Made by a program: the position numbers and the translations under genes. A stretch of 64,000 bases of DNA from Octopus vulgaris (taxonomy: Eukaryota). The stretch covers positions 40,548,001-40,612,000 of the forward strand of contig OX597830.1 of NCBI GenBank assembly GCA_951406725.2, read 5' to 3'. The notes under the pieces are model-generated. The model made no database searches, was not told where the DNA came from, and worked only from the letters and a program-made list of their open reading frames with translations. This document shows positions 38,249 to 52,154 of this stretch, piece after piece (within the stretch, counting starts at the first letter, position 1; each line of letters starts with the position of its first letter).

Positions 38249-38428
38249 TACAGTCGATAACCTTTTATCGAAAATGTTTGGAGTCAGTAGCATCCCAGAG
38301 TTTGGATTTTTTCCAAACATCTGAATGATTCTACATTAGCATCTATGAAATGGGTCAGCCTGGGGGAAAAGACTCTAGTCTATCAATCTCATCCATTTAC
38401 ACCTCATAGTACACCTGACACACATACA
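38249..38428 (+). mobile_element. Possible pogo/Tigger-like MITE fragment
   Basis: TA-cagtcgataaccttttatcgaaaatgtttggagtcag..ttggattttt resembles Tigger4/MER46-type ends as recalled; not aligned. Confidence 0.4.
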
Positions 38429-38589
38429 CAAATAGTAGTTCTGTTCTTACAGAATTAACCAGAGCAAGTAAAATCGAGAGCTCTGAGAAGCAAACAGAAA
38501 TAATAATAACAATCATCATCATCATTTAACATCCGCCTTCCATGTTGGCATGGGTAAATAATAATGATGATAATAATAACATTCTACTC

Positions 38590-39035
38590 AATACCACAGA
38601 TCTTCTTGTTAGCTGCTTAACCTTAACCAGTTGAGCAGGTCCCTTAGTGGCTGACAATATGTGCATCTCTGATTATGAGCATAAGTGGGGGGGGGGGTAT
38701 CACAGCCATGCATTGAGAGGAATTCTTTGGGGTTTGAATAATTCGCTTCTGGAAACATGGGTGTTTTGTTCATCGTCCTTAAACAAACCTTATTCGGGGA
38801 CCTTTTGAGTGGGATGGGCTACTCGACCAGAAGAAAATTCTGAGCCCCACCTGCGAGGTCATGCACTGTTTGTCTTGATATAAGGTCACCATGTCGTGCA
38901 CATATGGTTGTGATGGGTGTGCCTGGTGTACCTTTATCAGATGGGAAGTCATGATGAGTATATTGGATTTTATATATTTGTACCCCTGTGTCACTTTGAT
39001 GGCATGCATCGCTCTCACACTCAATAATAATAATG
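38590..39035 (+). mobile_element. Retroposon 3' end with (AAT)n tail
   Basis: Non-microsatellite body ending ctctcacactc(aat)n; family unclassified. Confidence 0.5.
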
Positions 39036-39919
39036 AAGATGATAACAGTAATAGTAAAACACTCCATCAATGCAAGCAAGCCAAAATAGAGGTATAATAT
39101 CATTGCTGTCATACATACACACATACAAACAGACACACAAAGGACTTGTAGTTTCTCTTTACCAAATCCATTCACAAAATTTTGATTGACCAGAGGCTAT
39201 AGAGGAAGACACTAGCTCAAAGTGTCAAGCATTGGAACTGAAACCATGTGGTTGGGAAAGAAGCTTATTAACCTGTCCCTGTAAACTAAAACCATGACAG
39301 GCAGTGCCCCAGCATGGCCACAACCAATGATTGAAACCAAAAATAGACTATAAAAACGGAATAACATATGTATCTAGGTCTGTGTGTTTGTGACCAAAAC
39401 TTTGACTAAAAAAAAGGTGTGCATTGGAAGAAGAGTACCCTATGTGATAATTGTTCCTCCCATGTTACAGTATTTGACCCATCCACTGGAAACCTGGAAC
39501 CAATAGAACTATTGTTTACCAAATGTATGATCTAAATAAATAAATACATAAAATAGCCCAAAAGTATATCCATCAATATTGAACATTTGCGAAAAATAAG
39601 GAAGAAAAAAAAAACAGAAAAAAAAAAAACAAGCAATAAATCTGAAGATTTTTCTTTTCCTTCATGCTTTCCACATATATTTTACCAAAATAACAACAAC
39701 AACAACAAATAAAAAAAAAAGAAGACATTAATATTTATTTATTTATTTATTTATTTATTTCTGCTTGGAAGCGTGTGTTTTATTAGCGTGTAGTTGAAAG
39801 CATATTGCTAAAGTAATGAAATTTCTAGATCTTCCCCTAAGGAAACACAACACGTATCAATCAGGTCAGAAAATTGAGACAAATTTTTTAAATTTTTGAG
39901 ATGTCAATATGTTTTCGAT

Positions 39920-40035
39920 GATTATTACCATCATTGTTATTGTAGTTGTTGTTGTTGTTATTGTCATTGTTATTATTGTCATTGTTATTATTATTGTTGT
40001 TGTTGTTATTGTTATTACTGTCATTATTATTATTA

Positions 40036-40066
<31 letters not shown>

Positions 40067-40172
40067 AGTTATTGTTATTATTGTTGTTGTTGTTATTGTT
40101 GATGGTGGTAGTGTTGGTGTTGTTGCTGTTGTTACTATTACTATTACTACTACTACTACCACCACCACCACC

Positions 40173-40215
<43 letters not shown>

Positions 40216-40275
40216 TCACTTGTTGTTGTTGTTATTACTATTATTACTAATATTGTTGTTGCTGTTGTGATGGTT
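39920..40275. repeat. Compound triplet microsatellite (TTG/TTA/CTA/CCA)
   Basis: Directly visible. Confidence 0.95.
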
Positions 40276-40671
40276 ATTACATATTTTTTAATGCGCGCCA
40301 TTAAAATAAAGCAGTCGTATAAAAAGAATATCAACTGAGGGCATGATATTTTTTTTTTTATTAGCCATTATATTGCTATGCAAATAATCATGAGTGGGTG
40401 TATATATTTCTACATGTGAGAGAGATGCATCTGTAGGAATATAACAGAAAAAGAAGGTGAAATACAAAGTTCCAGCTCCCCACTTTACAACCCAACTATA
40501 AGAAAACAAGGAGCTACTTTAAGTGGTTCTTCCGAAAGACAGTTGAGGGGTCAGAATGCTAGAAGCCCAAAGAATAAAACATCATTAGCTGCAAAAAAGA
40601 AATGGTGATAAACTGGCAGAATCACAAGAGTATTGGATGAAATGCCTAGCATATTTTGTTCCAGGTCTTTA

Positions 40672-40870
40672 TTTTACTTGTTTCAGTCGTCTGACTGTGG
40701 CCATGCTGGAGCACTGCCTTTAGTCGAATGAATTGACCCCAGGACTTATTCCTTTGTAAGCCTAGTACTTATTCTAGCAGTCTCTTTTTCCGAATCGCTA
40801 AGTTATAGGATGTAAACACACTAACATCAGTTCTCAAGCGATGGTGGGGGTACAAACACAGATACAAACA

Positions 40871-40903
<33 letters not shown>

Positions 40904-41069
40904 AATATATACAACGGGCTTCTTTCAGTTTCCATCTACCAAATCCACTCACAAGGCTTTGGTCGGCCCGAGGCTACAGTAGAAGACACTTGCCCAAGGT
41001 GCCATGCAGTGGGACTGAACCCAGAACCATGTCACTGGGAAGCAAGTTTCTTACCACACAGCCACTCCT
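40672..41069 (-). mobile_element. SINE A
   Basis: Full reverse-complement copy. Confidence 0.9.
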
Positions 41070-41147
41070 ATGTTCAAGAGTTCAAATCATATTATGGTCA
41101 GATTTGCATTTTCTCTTTCTAGGGTTGATAAAATAAAATATCAGTCT

Positions 41148-41470
41148 TCAGGGGAGGTTCTCAACCATTTTTTATCTATAGACCACTTTGATTTTTATTT
41201 TACTCCAGTGGACCTTCAAAGTCATTCAATGTTTGAAAAATCCTGTTGTATTTAATTTTATTAGGGATTGTATTAAAAGAAATTGTTAAAATATTTTGTA
41301 TATTGTTAGACATATAAGCAATTTATTGCTCATAGATTTTAGCAACAAAATCTCATATGGACCTCAAAGGGCCACAAGGACCCCCAAGGACCATATCAAC
41401 CCCCAAGGGCCATATTGACCCCCAAGGGCCATACTGACCCCCAAGGGCCATATCGACTTTCAAGGGCTAT
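41148..41470 (+). mobile_element. hAT-like MITE remnant with a 20-bp minisatellite
   Basis: caggggaggttctcaac start; about five copies of gacccccaagggccatat at 41360-41470. Confidence 0.5.
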
Positions 41471-41471
41471 A

Positions 41472-41785
41472 TATTAGGTCATCAAGTATGAAATTTGTAG
41501 AAAAGGAAAAAAAGTTTACTAATGTTTTATAAATACAAGGAATAGTTCTTTTTGTCAAAGTATACCGCCATTTCAGCGGTAGCTTGTCCAGCCTGGAACT
41601 GTAAAAGCCTGGCAATCTAGAGTCAATAAAATCTTGGAAGGCTTGTTTCCAGTATTATTGGAATTAAATTTTTTTCCTATCAAAAAGTTATCCAAATTCT
41701 GGAAGAAGTGGTAGTCAGTGGGGGCAAGATCAGATGAGTATGGTGGATGATGGAGAACTTCCAACTCCAACTGCTGTAATTCTTC
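41472..41785 (-). pseudogene. Mariner transposase C-terminal fragment plus terminal repeat
   Basis: EVLHHPPYSSDLAPTDYHFFQNLDNFL (YSPDLAPxD motif), frameshift, KQAFQDFIDSR..DKLPLKW, TA-ttaggt terminus. Confidence 0.9.
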
Positions 41786-41844
41786 CAAGAATTATCTCCA
41801 CCATAAAACAACACAAAGATTCTGTGAATATTGCTTTAGTTAAG

Positions 41845-42275
41845 CAGTGAACAGACAGAAACATTAGCATGCCAGGCGAAATGCTTAGTGGTATTTCATC
41901 TGTTCTGTATTCAAATTCCACCAAGGTCGACTTTGCTTTTCATCCTTTCGAAGGTCAATAAATTAAGTACTAGTTACGTACTGGGGCCAATCTAATCAAC
42001 TGGCTCCCACCTTCTCAAAAATTTCAGCCCTTGTGCCTAGAGTAGAAATGATTATTAAGGCGGTGAACTGACAGAATCGTTAGCATGCCAGGTGAAATGC
42101 TAAGTGGTATTTCATCTGTCTTTATGTTCTGAGTTCAAATTCCGCTGAGGTCGACTTTGCCTTTCATCCTTTTGGGGGTCAGTAACTTAAGTACCTGTTG
42201 CATACTGGGATTGATCTAATCAACTGGCTCCCTCCCCCAGAATGTCAGATCTTGTGCCTAGAGTAGAAAAGAATA
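41845..42275 (+). mobile_element. Two tandem SINE B copies
   Basis: Units 41845-42055 and 42058-42275. Confidence 0.85.
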
Positions 42276-42789
42276 TTTGGTTTAGTAGCAAGGGTAAGGT
42301 AGTGAGTCAAATGCTGATGTAGGAACCAACACATAGAAAGCAACCTAAGGGTCATCTTGCTAGGACATTTATTGAGAGCTCTGGATGACTGAAGATTAAC
42401 CTACCAAGAACAATGCAGGAGAAGGAATTCTGAAGACAAGAGAAAGATGTTGTTTATCTGCAGACAATGCAGTCAGTCAGTCATAATGTGCACCTGTGCA
42501 CAAGCACCATTCAAACGAAATGTTATCAAAGCTTGTAAATAAAAGAAATGAAAGTTATTCCAAGTGTAAACCCAAAAATGGTAACCTGATGATTAAATAT
42601 TTTGGAGAGAGCAGGATTGTGGTGGAGATCTTAGGAAATCCACCATAATCATTAAGGAAAAATCTAATTTCAGGTTGGAGGAAGAGGGGAGAGAGAGAGG
42701 TGTTGGGGGCATGGTCCTGAAAAATTGACATTTATTACATGATGAATGAGAGTAGAATAAAATACTATAGATAAAGAATGTTGGTAGTA

Positions 42790-42873
<84 letters not shown>

Positions 42874-42970
42874 CAGCAGCAGCAGTAGTGGTCATAGGTT
42901 TGAATTGGAGATACAGTTTGTTTTTAAAGGAAAATTTGAAATGAGTAAAAAGGGTGACAGATGGAGAATA

Positions 42971-43197
42971 CCCTTTAGTATTTAAACCAGCCATATATCC
43001 AGCCCGTATATTCTACTTGTTTTATGTTCAAACTGGCCAGATATGACTTCTCACACCTACTCTACAATGCCATTCTAAAAATATACAATTGCATCATCAA
43101 TACCTCAAAGCTACAAGATAATGTATGATTAATTCAAAATAATATGAATAAATAAGTATTGCACTTGACAGATTAATCTGAATGCTAAAAGAGTCAA
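42971..43197 (-). mobile_element. piggyBac-like MITE
   Basis: Reverse complement of 31190-31442. Confidence 0.6.
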
Positions 43198-44683
43198 GCT
43201 GGCAGTTGTTGTTGTTGCTGTTAAACTCAGGTAGAACTGTAATCAAAGACATCTTAGCTATAGCCAATCATGTAGGTATTTTTTTTTTTTTTTTGTTTTG
43301 CTTTTTGTACCAGTCAGCCATATGGTTAAGAAGTTTACTTTGAAATTACATGATTTCTAGTTCAATCCTGCTATATGGCACCTCAGGTACATGTATTTGC
43401 ATACTATTGTAGTCTAGCCTCAGTTGACCATTGCTTTGTTGCTGGAATTTGGTAGACAGAAGCTTTGCTAAATCCTTCGCGTGCGTGTGTGTGTGTGTGC
43501 AACAAAACCTCTATAACCTAGAGATCCTTAAATAAGTATTACCCTAGCCAGAATTAGAATCCCTGTGAAGAACCATCATTAATATGGTATGATATATGAA
43601 ACAAAATGATGAAGAAACCAAGAACTCCTTAACAAGTTTAATCTTACAAGAATGAAGCACAATTTAAAAGAATGAGAACATATGACATAAAAGATTCACA
43701 GGTAACAAGCAGATCAAATGTATACTTCTATCATCAGCTGCCTATCAGATATCATTATTGTTTTGATACTTGGGCAGTACCATTCATTCTAACAGTGACA
43801 ACAGCATTGAAAACATAAACACTGCCTTGGAAGTAACAGACAAGAAGTAGGAGTGAAATATTAGTGTAATATGTCCATCACATCTACACTTGATTATCAT
43901 TATTATAAATACAAACTTCAAATCTCGAACATAAATCATTTCACATTTATGACTACAAAGCACAGAAATTAAAAATACAACATAAAAAAAAAAGACATGG
44001 AAATATCTCCAAAATAGATGTTGCCACCTCAAAAATTATAGAACTTAAAATGCACTTACAAACAAGAGGTATTGAACAAAAAATATTGAACCTAGTCAAA
44101 AACACACGTTAGCAATACATGAAACAGAAAATAATAATAATGTAAGGAACACCCAGACCCAAACTTCAAAGAAATAGATTAATTAAAGAACACAGACCAA
44201 TAGATATTTTGCTAGTCTACAATCTATAACATATTTCAAATGCAAAGACAAAAATAAAAGACAGGAATTACATAACCATTTTCATTAGCTTACAGCGATT
44301 ACATAACTCTTGTTCTTTTGTCATTGATTTATTAATTAATTGTGTAATCTGTATTGACCTGTTGTCATACAAGAGTCTGGCACACAGAGTGCCAGACAGT
44401 TTGTATCTTCTTATTAACAACATCAAGTATAAGTGTAGTGAGTTCTAATAACTGGGTATTGGTACTCTGCTATAGCAAAGTGGAATCAGAGAGCGTGTGT
44501 GTATGTGTGTGTCTATCTATCAACCTAATGTATATATACATGTATGTATATATGTATGTATGTATATGTATATATGTGTATATATGTGAATGTATATATA
44601 CATGTATGTATGTATGTATGTATGTATGTATGTATGTATGTATATGTGTATATATGTGTATGTATGTGTATATATATATATAT

Positions 44684-45021
44684 AAGGGTAAAGACCCCCT
44701 TCGGTCATGAGTGACCATGGGTTTGCACCTAGAGAGTTACCCTCTGAGGCACAAGTCTGGGCAAGGTTGTTTTATGGAAGACCAGTAGTCGCCCATGCAT
44801 ACCGGCCTCCCCTCTCCACGCCACCAGTGTTATCCAAGGGAAAGACAAAGGTCGATACAGCTTGGCACCTGTGACGTCGCAACTCATTTCTACAGCTGAG
44901 TGAACTGGAGCAACGTGAAATAAAGTGTCTTGCTCAAGAACACAACACGCAGCCCGGTCCGGGATTCGAGCTCACAACCTCACGATCGTAAGCTCGACGC
45001 TCTAACCACTGAGCCATGCGC
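44684..45021 (-). mobile_element. Young tRNA-derived CORE-like SINE
   Basis: Minus strand gcgcatggctcagtggttagagcg..gagctcgaatcccgg (A/B boxes), then ttgagcaagacacttt..ttgctccagttcactcagctgta; CpG-rich. Confidence 0.8.
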
Positions 45022-45284
45022 ATATATATATATGTATATATGTGTGTGTATCTATCAATCTATCTATCTATCTACTTATCTATTTCTCCCCCTTCTCTCT
45101 CTCTATATATATACCGCGATATCTTTTGTGTTCTGTTTTTAATTTATATTTGATATATACTCTCTCACCTCTGCCACTATCTGGCATATACAGGTGCTTA
45201 CACTTATCAAGTATTCACTCTAAATTTACAGTACCTACTTGATCTCTCTCTCTCTATACATACATACATATATGTATGTATAGA

Positions 45285-45578
45285 GCCTTGTGAGTGGATT
45301 TGGTAGACAGAAACTGAAAGAAGCCCATCATATATATGTATGTATACATATATATATATGTATGTGTATGCATATGTTTGTGTGTCTGTGTTTGTCCCCC
45401 CAACATCACTTGACAACCGATGGTGGTGGTTTCCCGTAACTTAGCGGTTCAGCAAAAAAAAGCCGATAGAATAAGTACTAGGCTTACATAGTCCTGGGGT
45501 CGATCTCCTCAACTAAAGGCAGTGCTCCAGCATGGCCGCAGTCAAATGAGTGAAACAAGTAAAAGAGAGTAAAGAAGA
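45285..45578 (+). mobile_element. SINE A, 5'-truncated
   Basis: Matches family A. Confidence 0.85.
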
Positions 45579-45779
45579 AAGTGTTGCTTTGCATGGAAAT
45601 GAGTGAAGGTTGGTGACAGGAAGAGCCTCTCATTTATAGAAACTCTGCCACAACAAAATTGGTCAGACTCATACAAGAATGGAAAAGCAGATGTTAAAAT
45701 GATGGAATACATATACCTATCATCATCATTTAACCTCCGTGCTCCATGGGGATTGAGAGACCTTAACCACTAAGCAATG

Positions 45780-46165
45780 CGCTGTCACTTGGCAGGGGTA
45801 TATTGAGGAGGAAACTGGGTGAAGGGGCCAGTTGTGCTTCTGTCTTCCACACATAGAGCAGGCTTGTCCTTTCAGGTGTGAGTATCACATAAAAAACACC
45901 CGTGTCAGTGTTGTATTGACACAACTGTGCCAGTGCTGCGTAAATGCACCCATGCCGGTGGCACATAAAAAGCACACAGCACACTGTGTGAAGTGGTTGG
46001 CATTTGGAAAGGCATCCAGCTGTAGAAACCATGCCACAACATACAGTTGGGGTCTGGACAGCTTCCCTGCTGGCCAGCTCCATGTCAAACTGTCCAACCC
46101 ATGCCAGCATGGAAATAGGACACTAAACAATGAGGATGGTGATTATGATGATGATGATGATGATT
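45780..46165 (+). mobile_element. RTE-type 3' UTR fragment
   Basis: ggtggcacataaaaagcac..gtggttggca..ggcatccagctgtagaaac..ccaacccatgccagcatgg..(gat)n. Confidence 0.75.
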
Positions 46166-46231
46166 GGTGCTAAGAAGGACATGGACAACAGAATTAAATG
46201 ATGATGATGATGATGATGATGATGCACACGC

Positions 46232-46273
<42 letters not shown>

Positions 46274-46584
46274 CACTTTCAGGACTCGGTTTCGCTAATT
46301 TGAACAGGTCATCTCAAGAACTGCATACTGCCCATCATCCTAATTTTTTATTACCTCCTCTGTGCTTTATGTGCACATAAATAAGTCGATGTCGCTGTTT
46401 ATGCTTGCATCATATATCGCAGTTGGTGTTGTTTATGTATGTCCATTTTTATCTCATAACTTAGCAGTTCAACAAACAGGAAAAATAAAATGTGTCTACT
46501 GAGGGTGATGTGATAAATAAAAACAGTGCTCCAGTATGTCCACAACCTAATAACTGAAACCAAAAAAAATATATATATATTTAT

Positions 46585-46986
46585 TCTTTTTTCTTTTATT
46601 TGTTTCAGTCATTTGACTGCAGCCATGCTGGAGCACCGCTTTTAGTGGAACAAATTGACCCCAGGACTTATTCTTTGTAAGCCTAGTATTTATTCTATCG
46701 GTCTTTTTTGCCAAACTGCTAAGATACGGGGACGTAAACACACCAACATCGGTTGTCAAGCGATGGTGCGGAGACAAACACAAACGCACAAACATATACA
46801 TACATATATATATATATATATAAAATATACGGCTGGCTTCTTTCAGTTTCCATCTACCAAATCCACTCACAAGGCTTTGGTCAGCCCGAAGCTATATTAG
46901 AAGACACTCGCGCAAGATGCCACACAGTGAGACTGAACCCAGAACCATGTGGTTGGGAAACATGCTTCTTACCACACAGTCACTCA
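46585..46986 (-). mobile_element. SINE A
   Basis: Full reverse-complement copy. Confidence 0.9.
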
Positions 46987-47348
46987 TAATCCAATTTAAG
47001 GCACGGTGTGAATGAAAGAAGATTTAGCTGCTATTTCTATCACGAAGAAACCTCCTTGACAGCATCATAGTTTTGGAGGAAGGTAAAACTGGATGCCTGA
47101 GGAAGTTATCTCAAGAAGTGTTGTTATATAATCTATTCAGAGATGTTCAGTCTAACAACGTATTTTATGAGAGAGTCTACTACTACTACTACTACTACTA
47201 CTACTATTTCTACTTCTACTGTCAATGTATCTTGGAGAAGGCTATTCAACCTGCAGTCAAATAATAAATGTGTCAAGTCAGTTCTGTGTGTGTGTGTGTG
47301 CATGTGTATGTGAATCTAAAAGTATATGTGTGTGTGTTTGTGTGGTGT

Positions 47349-47425
<77 letters not shown>

Positions 47426-48357
47426 TTATACATGCAAGAATGTGCTTGTATTAAAAGAAAAAAATCACACAGACAGACATTAGCAAAGATGGATGTTCGT
47501 CTCTGCTGCTGTTTGTGCCAGGTGACGTTGGATTGCGGATGAGTGGAGAGGCATTGTAAGACTTGTCCAACTCACACCAGCAACGACAAACAGATGGAAA
47601 ATTATGCCGATAATATAATATATACACACACATACACACACTTATGTATGTATATATGTATGTATGTATGTATGTGTGGGTGCATGAATGCATATGTATG
47701 CAAACACACATATATGTATGTATATTCATGTGTTTGTGTGTGTGTGTGAGCATCAGTATGTCTTGGAGAAGGTCATTGAACCTGCTTTAATTGGGTAATA
47801 AGCATTACACATGTGTATGCATGCAGATTCAATCATTGCACCCACATGCCTCTAAACATAAAGAGCACAGATACAGAACCTTCAGAGCTGCAATAAATGC
47901 TTGGCTCCACCATTTTCTGATGATATTTCATGGTAAATGCATTTTCTCAGAATAACAAAACTCCATGTCAAAAATTAGATTCCATCCTCCAAATCCATTC
48001 ATGAAGGCTTGGTTGGCCTGGGACTATAGTAAAAGACACTTAGCCAAAATGCCACACAGAGGGACTGAACCCAGAAACATGTGGTTGGGAAGCAAACCTC
48101 TTAACCACACAGCCACACCTGTGCCTACATAATCACTAATTAATCTGCATCAGTGTAGGTGTGTATTTGTGTATATGTGTGTGTTTGTTTGTTTGTCTAT
48201 CTGTCCGTCTGCCTGCCTGTCAGTGTGTATGTGCATGTGTGTCTGTCTGTATGTCTATCTGTGTCTGTCTGTCTGGGTGACTCTGTCCCTCTGGATGTTT
48301 CTGTCTGTCTGTATATGTCAGTCTGTCTATGTGTGTGCGTGTAGTCTGTGTAAGTGT

Positions 48358-48392
<35 letters not shown>

Positions 48393-48899
48393 CGCATGGT
48401 AGGGGTGTATGTTTCAGTTGTGAACATTATCAATTAATCTTGCAATTAAGTAATTGATCGCCAATTAAAATAGCAGCCCCTAACATGTTGGACAATTGTA
48501 ACCTCCATGGTAGGCAAAGGGGACAACATTTGTAATTAAAGTGGAACATATAGATTACACTTGATGCTGTTGGGTCACAGGTCAACCATGGAGTGGTTTG
48601 GGTTTGTTTGGGTTGGGTGGGGGATGAGATGACAGTAGTAGTAGTCGTGGTGGTGGTGGTGGTAGAGACGTTGGCAATGGTTGTTTCAGTGGTATCCCAA
48701 TGCATTCAAAAAGCCTTTGATAGATTAGAATCCCATAAATAATCACTCACCATCAACTTCGAACTCCCTATCAACTTACATACCAATGGGAAACCAAAAA
48801 TTCAATTGTTTCAAAGGGAGAAAGAGAAGAGAGAGGGACACAAACGAGAGGGGGGAAAGGGGGGGGGGATTAAAAAAAGTAAATGTAGGATGCAACATC

Positions 48900-49870
48900 A
48901 CTTCATCGTTATAACCATCATTATCGTCGTCGTCGTCGTCATCATCATCGTCCTTATCATTCTCATCATTGTCATCATCATCACCATAAACATCATCATT
49001 ACCATCATCATCATCATCATTATTGTCATCATCGTCTTCATCATTACCCTCATCATCATCATTGTCATCATCGTCATCATCATTACCATCATCATCATCA
49101 TTGTCATCATCATTACCATCATCATCATCATCGTCGTCATCATCATCACCATCATCGTCATCATCGTCATTATCGTCATCATCATCATCATTATCATTAC
49201 ACATCAGCAGTTCGTCCCCACCCCAACCCCATCACTGCACAATAGCAAGCGTCATCGTCGTTGTTGTGATTGTCACTAATCGCATTGTTGTCATCACAAC
49301 AACCCCCAGTACAACTTTCCCTGTTGTCAACATCATCATCATCATTGAATGAAAGGGACAAATGAGAAAGGAAGAAAATAAGGAAGGCGAAATGCATCAC
49401 CATTATCGTCAGTATTGTCACTATCATCATAACTGCATCATCATCATTTCCACTATTGTTGCCTTCATCATCGTCGTCATCATCAAAATCAAAACCATCA
49501 TCATAATCATCATCAACACCACCATCATCATCCTCATAGTCATCTTCAACATCATAATCTACATCAATATCCTCATCATCATCACCATCTGAGCCATCAT
49601 GATCATCATGATCATCATCATTATCATCATTATCACCACCACCACAACCACCACATTACCACCATCACCACCACCACCATCACCACCATCATCATTATCA
49701 TCACCACAACCACCACCATCACCACCACTGCCAACATCGTAATCATCATCATCATCATCATTGTTGTCATCGTTACTGCTGCAGTTGACATTGCATTGTT
49801 GTAATAGTTGCTAATATCATTGTTGCAGATGCTGATGCTACTGCTGCTGCTGCAGTTGATGCTATAGTTG
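48900..49870. repeat. Long degenerate (CAT/CAC)n array
   Basis: Directly visible. Confidence 0.95.
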
Positions 49871-50160
49871 CAAAATCAATTTTGTGGATTATTTCTAGCA
49901 TTTTCTCAGACACATTCTAATCTACACAGTTTCTTACCACCAGATGACTTCAATCAATATTTGAAATGTTTAATCAATTTACAGCCCTAACATTTTCATG
50001 GTTTTCTATTTCGGTACAGAACTGTTGAATACCATTTTAACAGAACTTCCTGACAAACATACATCAAATGCTGTAAACACAAAGACCAACTTCCATTGAT
50101 TGCATTATCACAAACTCTCTGAAGTTCAGAATCTTGTGATGTTTAAATATTTCTCAAACC

Positions 50161-50372
50161 CCAGGCCTAACCAAACCTAGCCTAACCTAACCTAACATAA
50201 CCTAGCCTAGCTTAGCCTAGCCAAGTACAGCCCGGCCTGGCTTAGCCCAACTTAGCCAAGCCCAGCCTCACTTAACCTAGCCTAATATAGCCAGGCATAG
50301 CTTAACTTAGGCCTTACCCAACCTCATTTAACCAATTCGAGCTTAGTCCAGCCTAGCATGGCCTGGCCTGGC
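50161..50372. repeat. Degenerate pentamer array (CCTAA/CCTAG)n
   Basis: cctaaccaaacctagcctaacctaacctaacataacctagcctag... Confidence 0.85.
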
Positions 50373-50375
50373 TAC

Positions 50376-51839
50376 AAAATTTTTTTCCCACGAGAGTTCC
50401 GGACCCCATTAATGAACTCATTTGCATACAGCCAATCAGAGCTCACCTTCACCTTGTTAACAAACACTGTCTGTCAAGTAAACTCAAGACAAAGAACAGA
50501 TTTGTAAGTCGACCGATCGCCATGTTATGCCACATTTTAGAAGGAGACAAGTAATTAGATAGATTTGCATCTATACCTATTATCGGATTTTATTAGGGTC
50601 CCATATGGTAAAGATGTGAATGGGAAAAATGTGGGTAGAGGGTGATGGGCTAGCAACCCTCTTCCCATGTTGTTTTGCAAAGTAAACAACAACACAAATA
50701 ACTACGCAGAGGCAGCCATGGTTGTAACAAGAAGAAGAACAATAAGCATTCTTAAATTTCTGTGTGTGTGTATGTGTGTCCACCCAACCGACTGCTTGAC
50801 AACCAGTGTTGGTTTGTTCACATCCCCTCACTGAGCAAATCAGCAAAAGTAGCTGATAGAATGAGTACAAGACTTTAAAAAATCAGAAGGGGGACCCCAA
50901 ACAAATAAAAGGGAAAAGAGCAAAATTAGGGTGTGATTCGAGGGATATTTGGTTGCTATTTCTAACATGTCATGTGACCTTATAGCCTCGTAGCAGCGAC
51001 CTCTTGCAATGGCTCATCTGGCTTCAATCAGCAGAAATTCAAGATGGATATCAATCGTGCCCTGACTTCTTCATTTGGATTAAATCTTCTGTTTATAATG
51101 CTTCTATTTCCCAAACTAGCTTCATTAAACAGACATGGAGTCATGGCATCTAACTTGGAGGATTTCTGCTATTATTTATCACCATTCTTTGGCACCATCA
51201 TCACCATCTTCCACCATTATTACCAACACCACCACCACCACCATCACCACCATCATCATCAGTACAGAGATGACCACCATCACCACCACCACCACCACCA
51301 TCACCATCTTCCACCGTTATCACCAATATCAAATGCCACCATCATCACCACCATCACAATCATCATCATCAGCAGCACAGAAATGACCATCATTACCACC
51401 ACTACCACCACCCCCACCAATCGCCATCATCACCACCACCATTACCTTCACCTTTACAATACAGCCACAATAATCTCCACCACTACCATCGTCACTACCA
51501 CCACCACCACCGTCACTACTAGTGCTTCCACAACAAATGCAACCACCACCACCCACCAACGTCACCACTTCTACCATCACCCTAATAACTATTACCACCA
51601 CACTGCCACCAACATCACCACTTCTGCCACCACCCTAATAACTATTACCATCCACACTGCCACCAACATCACCCACCGATACAACAACATACTCATTGAC
51701 AGGTCTCCTGAAATAAAAGAGATCACCTAACATTTGTATATTTATCAAGACCACAATAGCTTTTGCAGTGAGCACAAGTAGAGACAGACAACAACAACAC
51801 ACACTTATACACATACACACACACAAACACAGACACACA

Positions 51840-51885
<46 letters not shown>

Positions 51886-51921
51886 TACATACATACATAC
51901 ATACATACATACATACATACA

Positions 51922-51953
<32 letters not shown>

Positions 51954-52115
51954 AGTATCTGTGTGTGACTAAGATGGCTTTGTTTAGATAAGCCAAGATG
52001 AATATATTGAATACATTTTATTCAATATATTCACTTCATTCCTGATATTTTACATGCAATTTCATCTATTTAAAAACATGAAAAAATGCAATGAATAAAC
52101 AGTTTCTTTCGGAAA

Positions 52116-52154
<39 letters not shown>

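Noticed and set aside
41573-41788. SETMAR-like host gene
   Set aside because: Only a frameshifted mariner C-terminus next to its terminal repeat; no SET domain.
44940-45021. tRNA gene
   Set aside because: The tRNA-like head continues into a SINE body; treated as a SINE, not a functional tRNA.
47480-47615. CpG-containing island with short Cys-rich frames
   Set aside because: No consistent frame or exon boundaries; cannot be called from sequence alone.
51044-51730. 228-aa His/Thr-rich ORF with a hydrophobic N-terminus
   Set aside because: The body is a (CAC/CAT)n tract; it lacks the Gly-His motifs of cephalopod beak proteins and has no other gene evidence.
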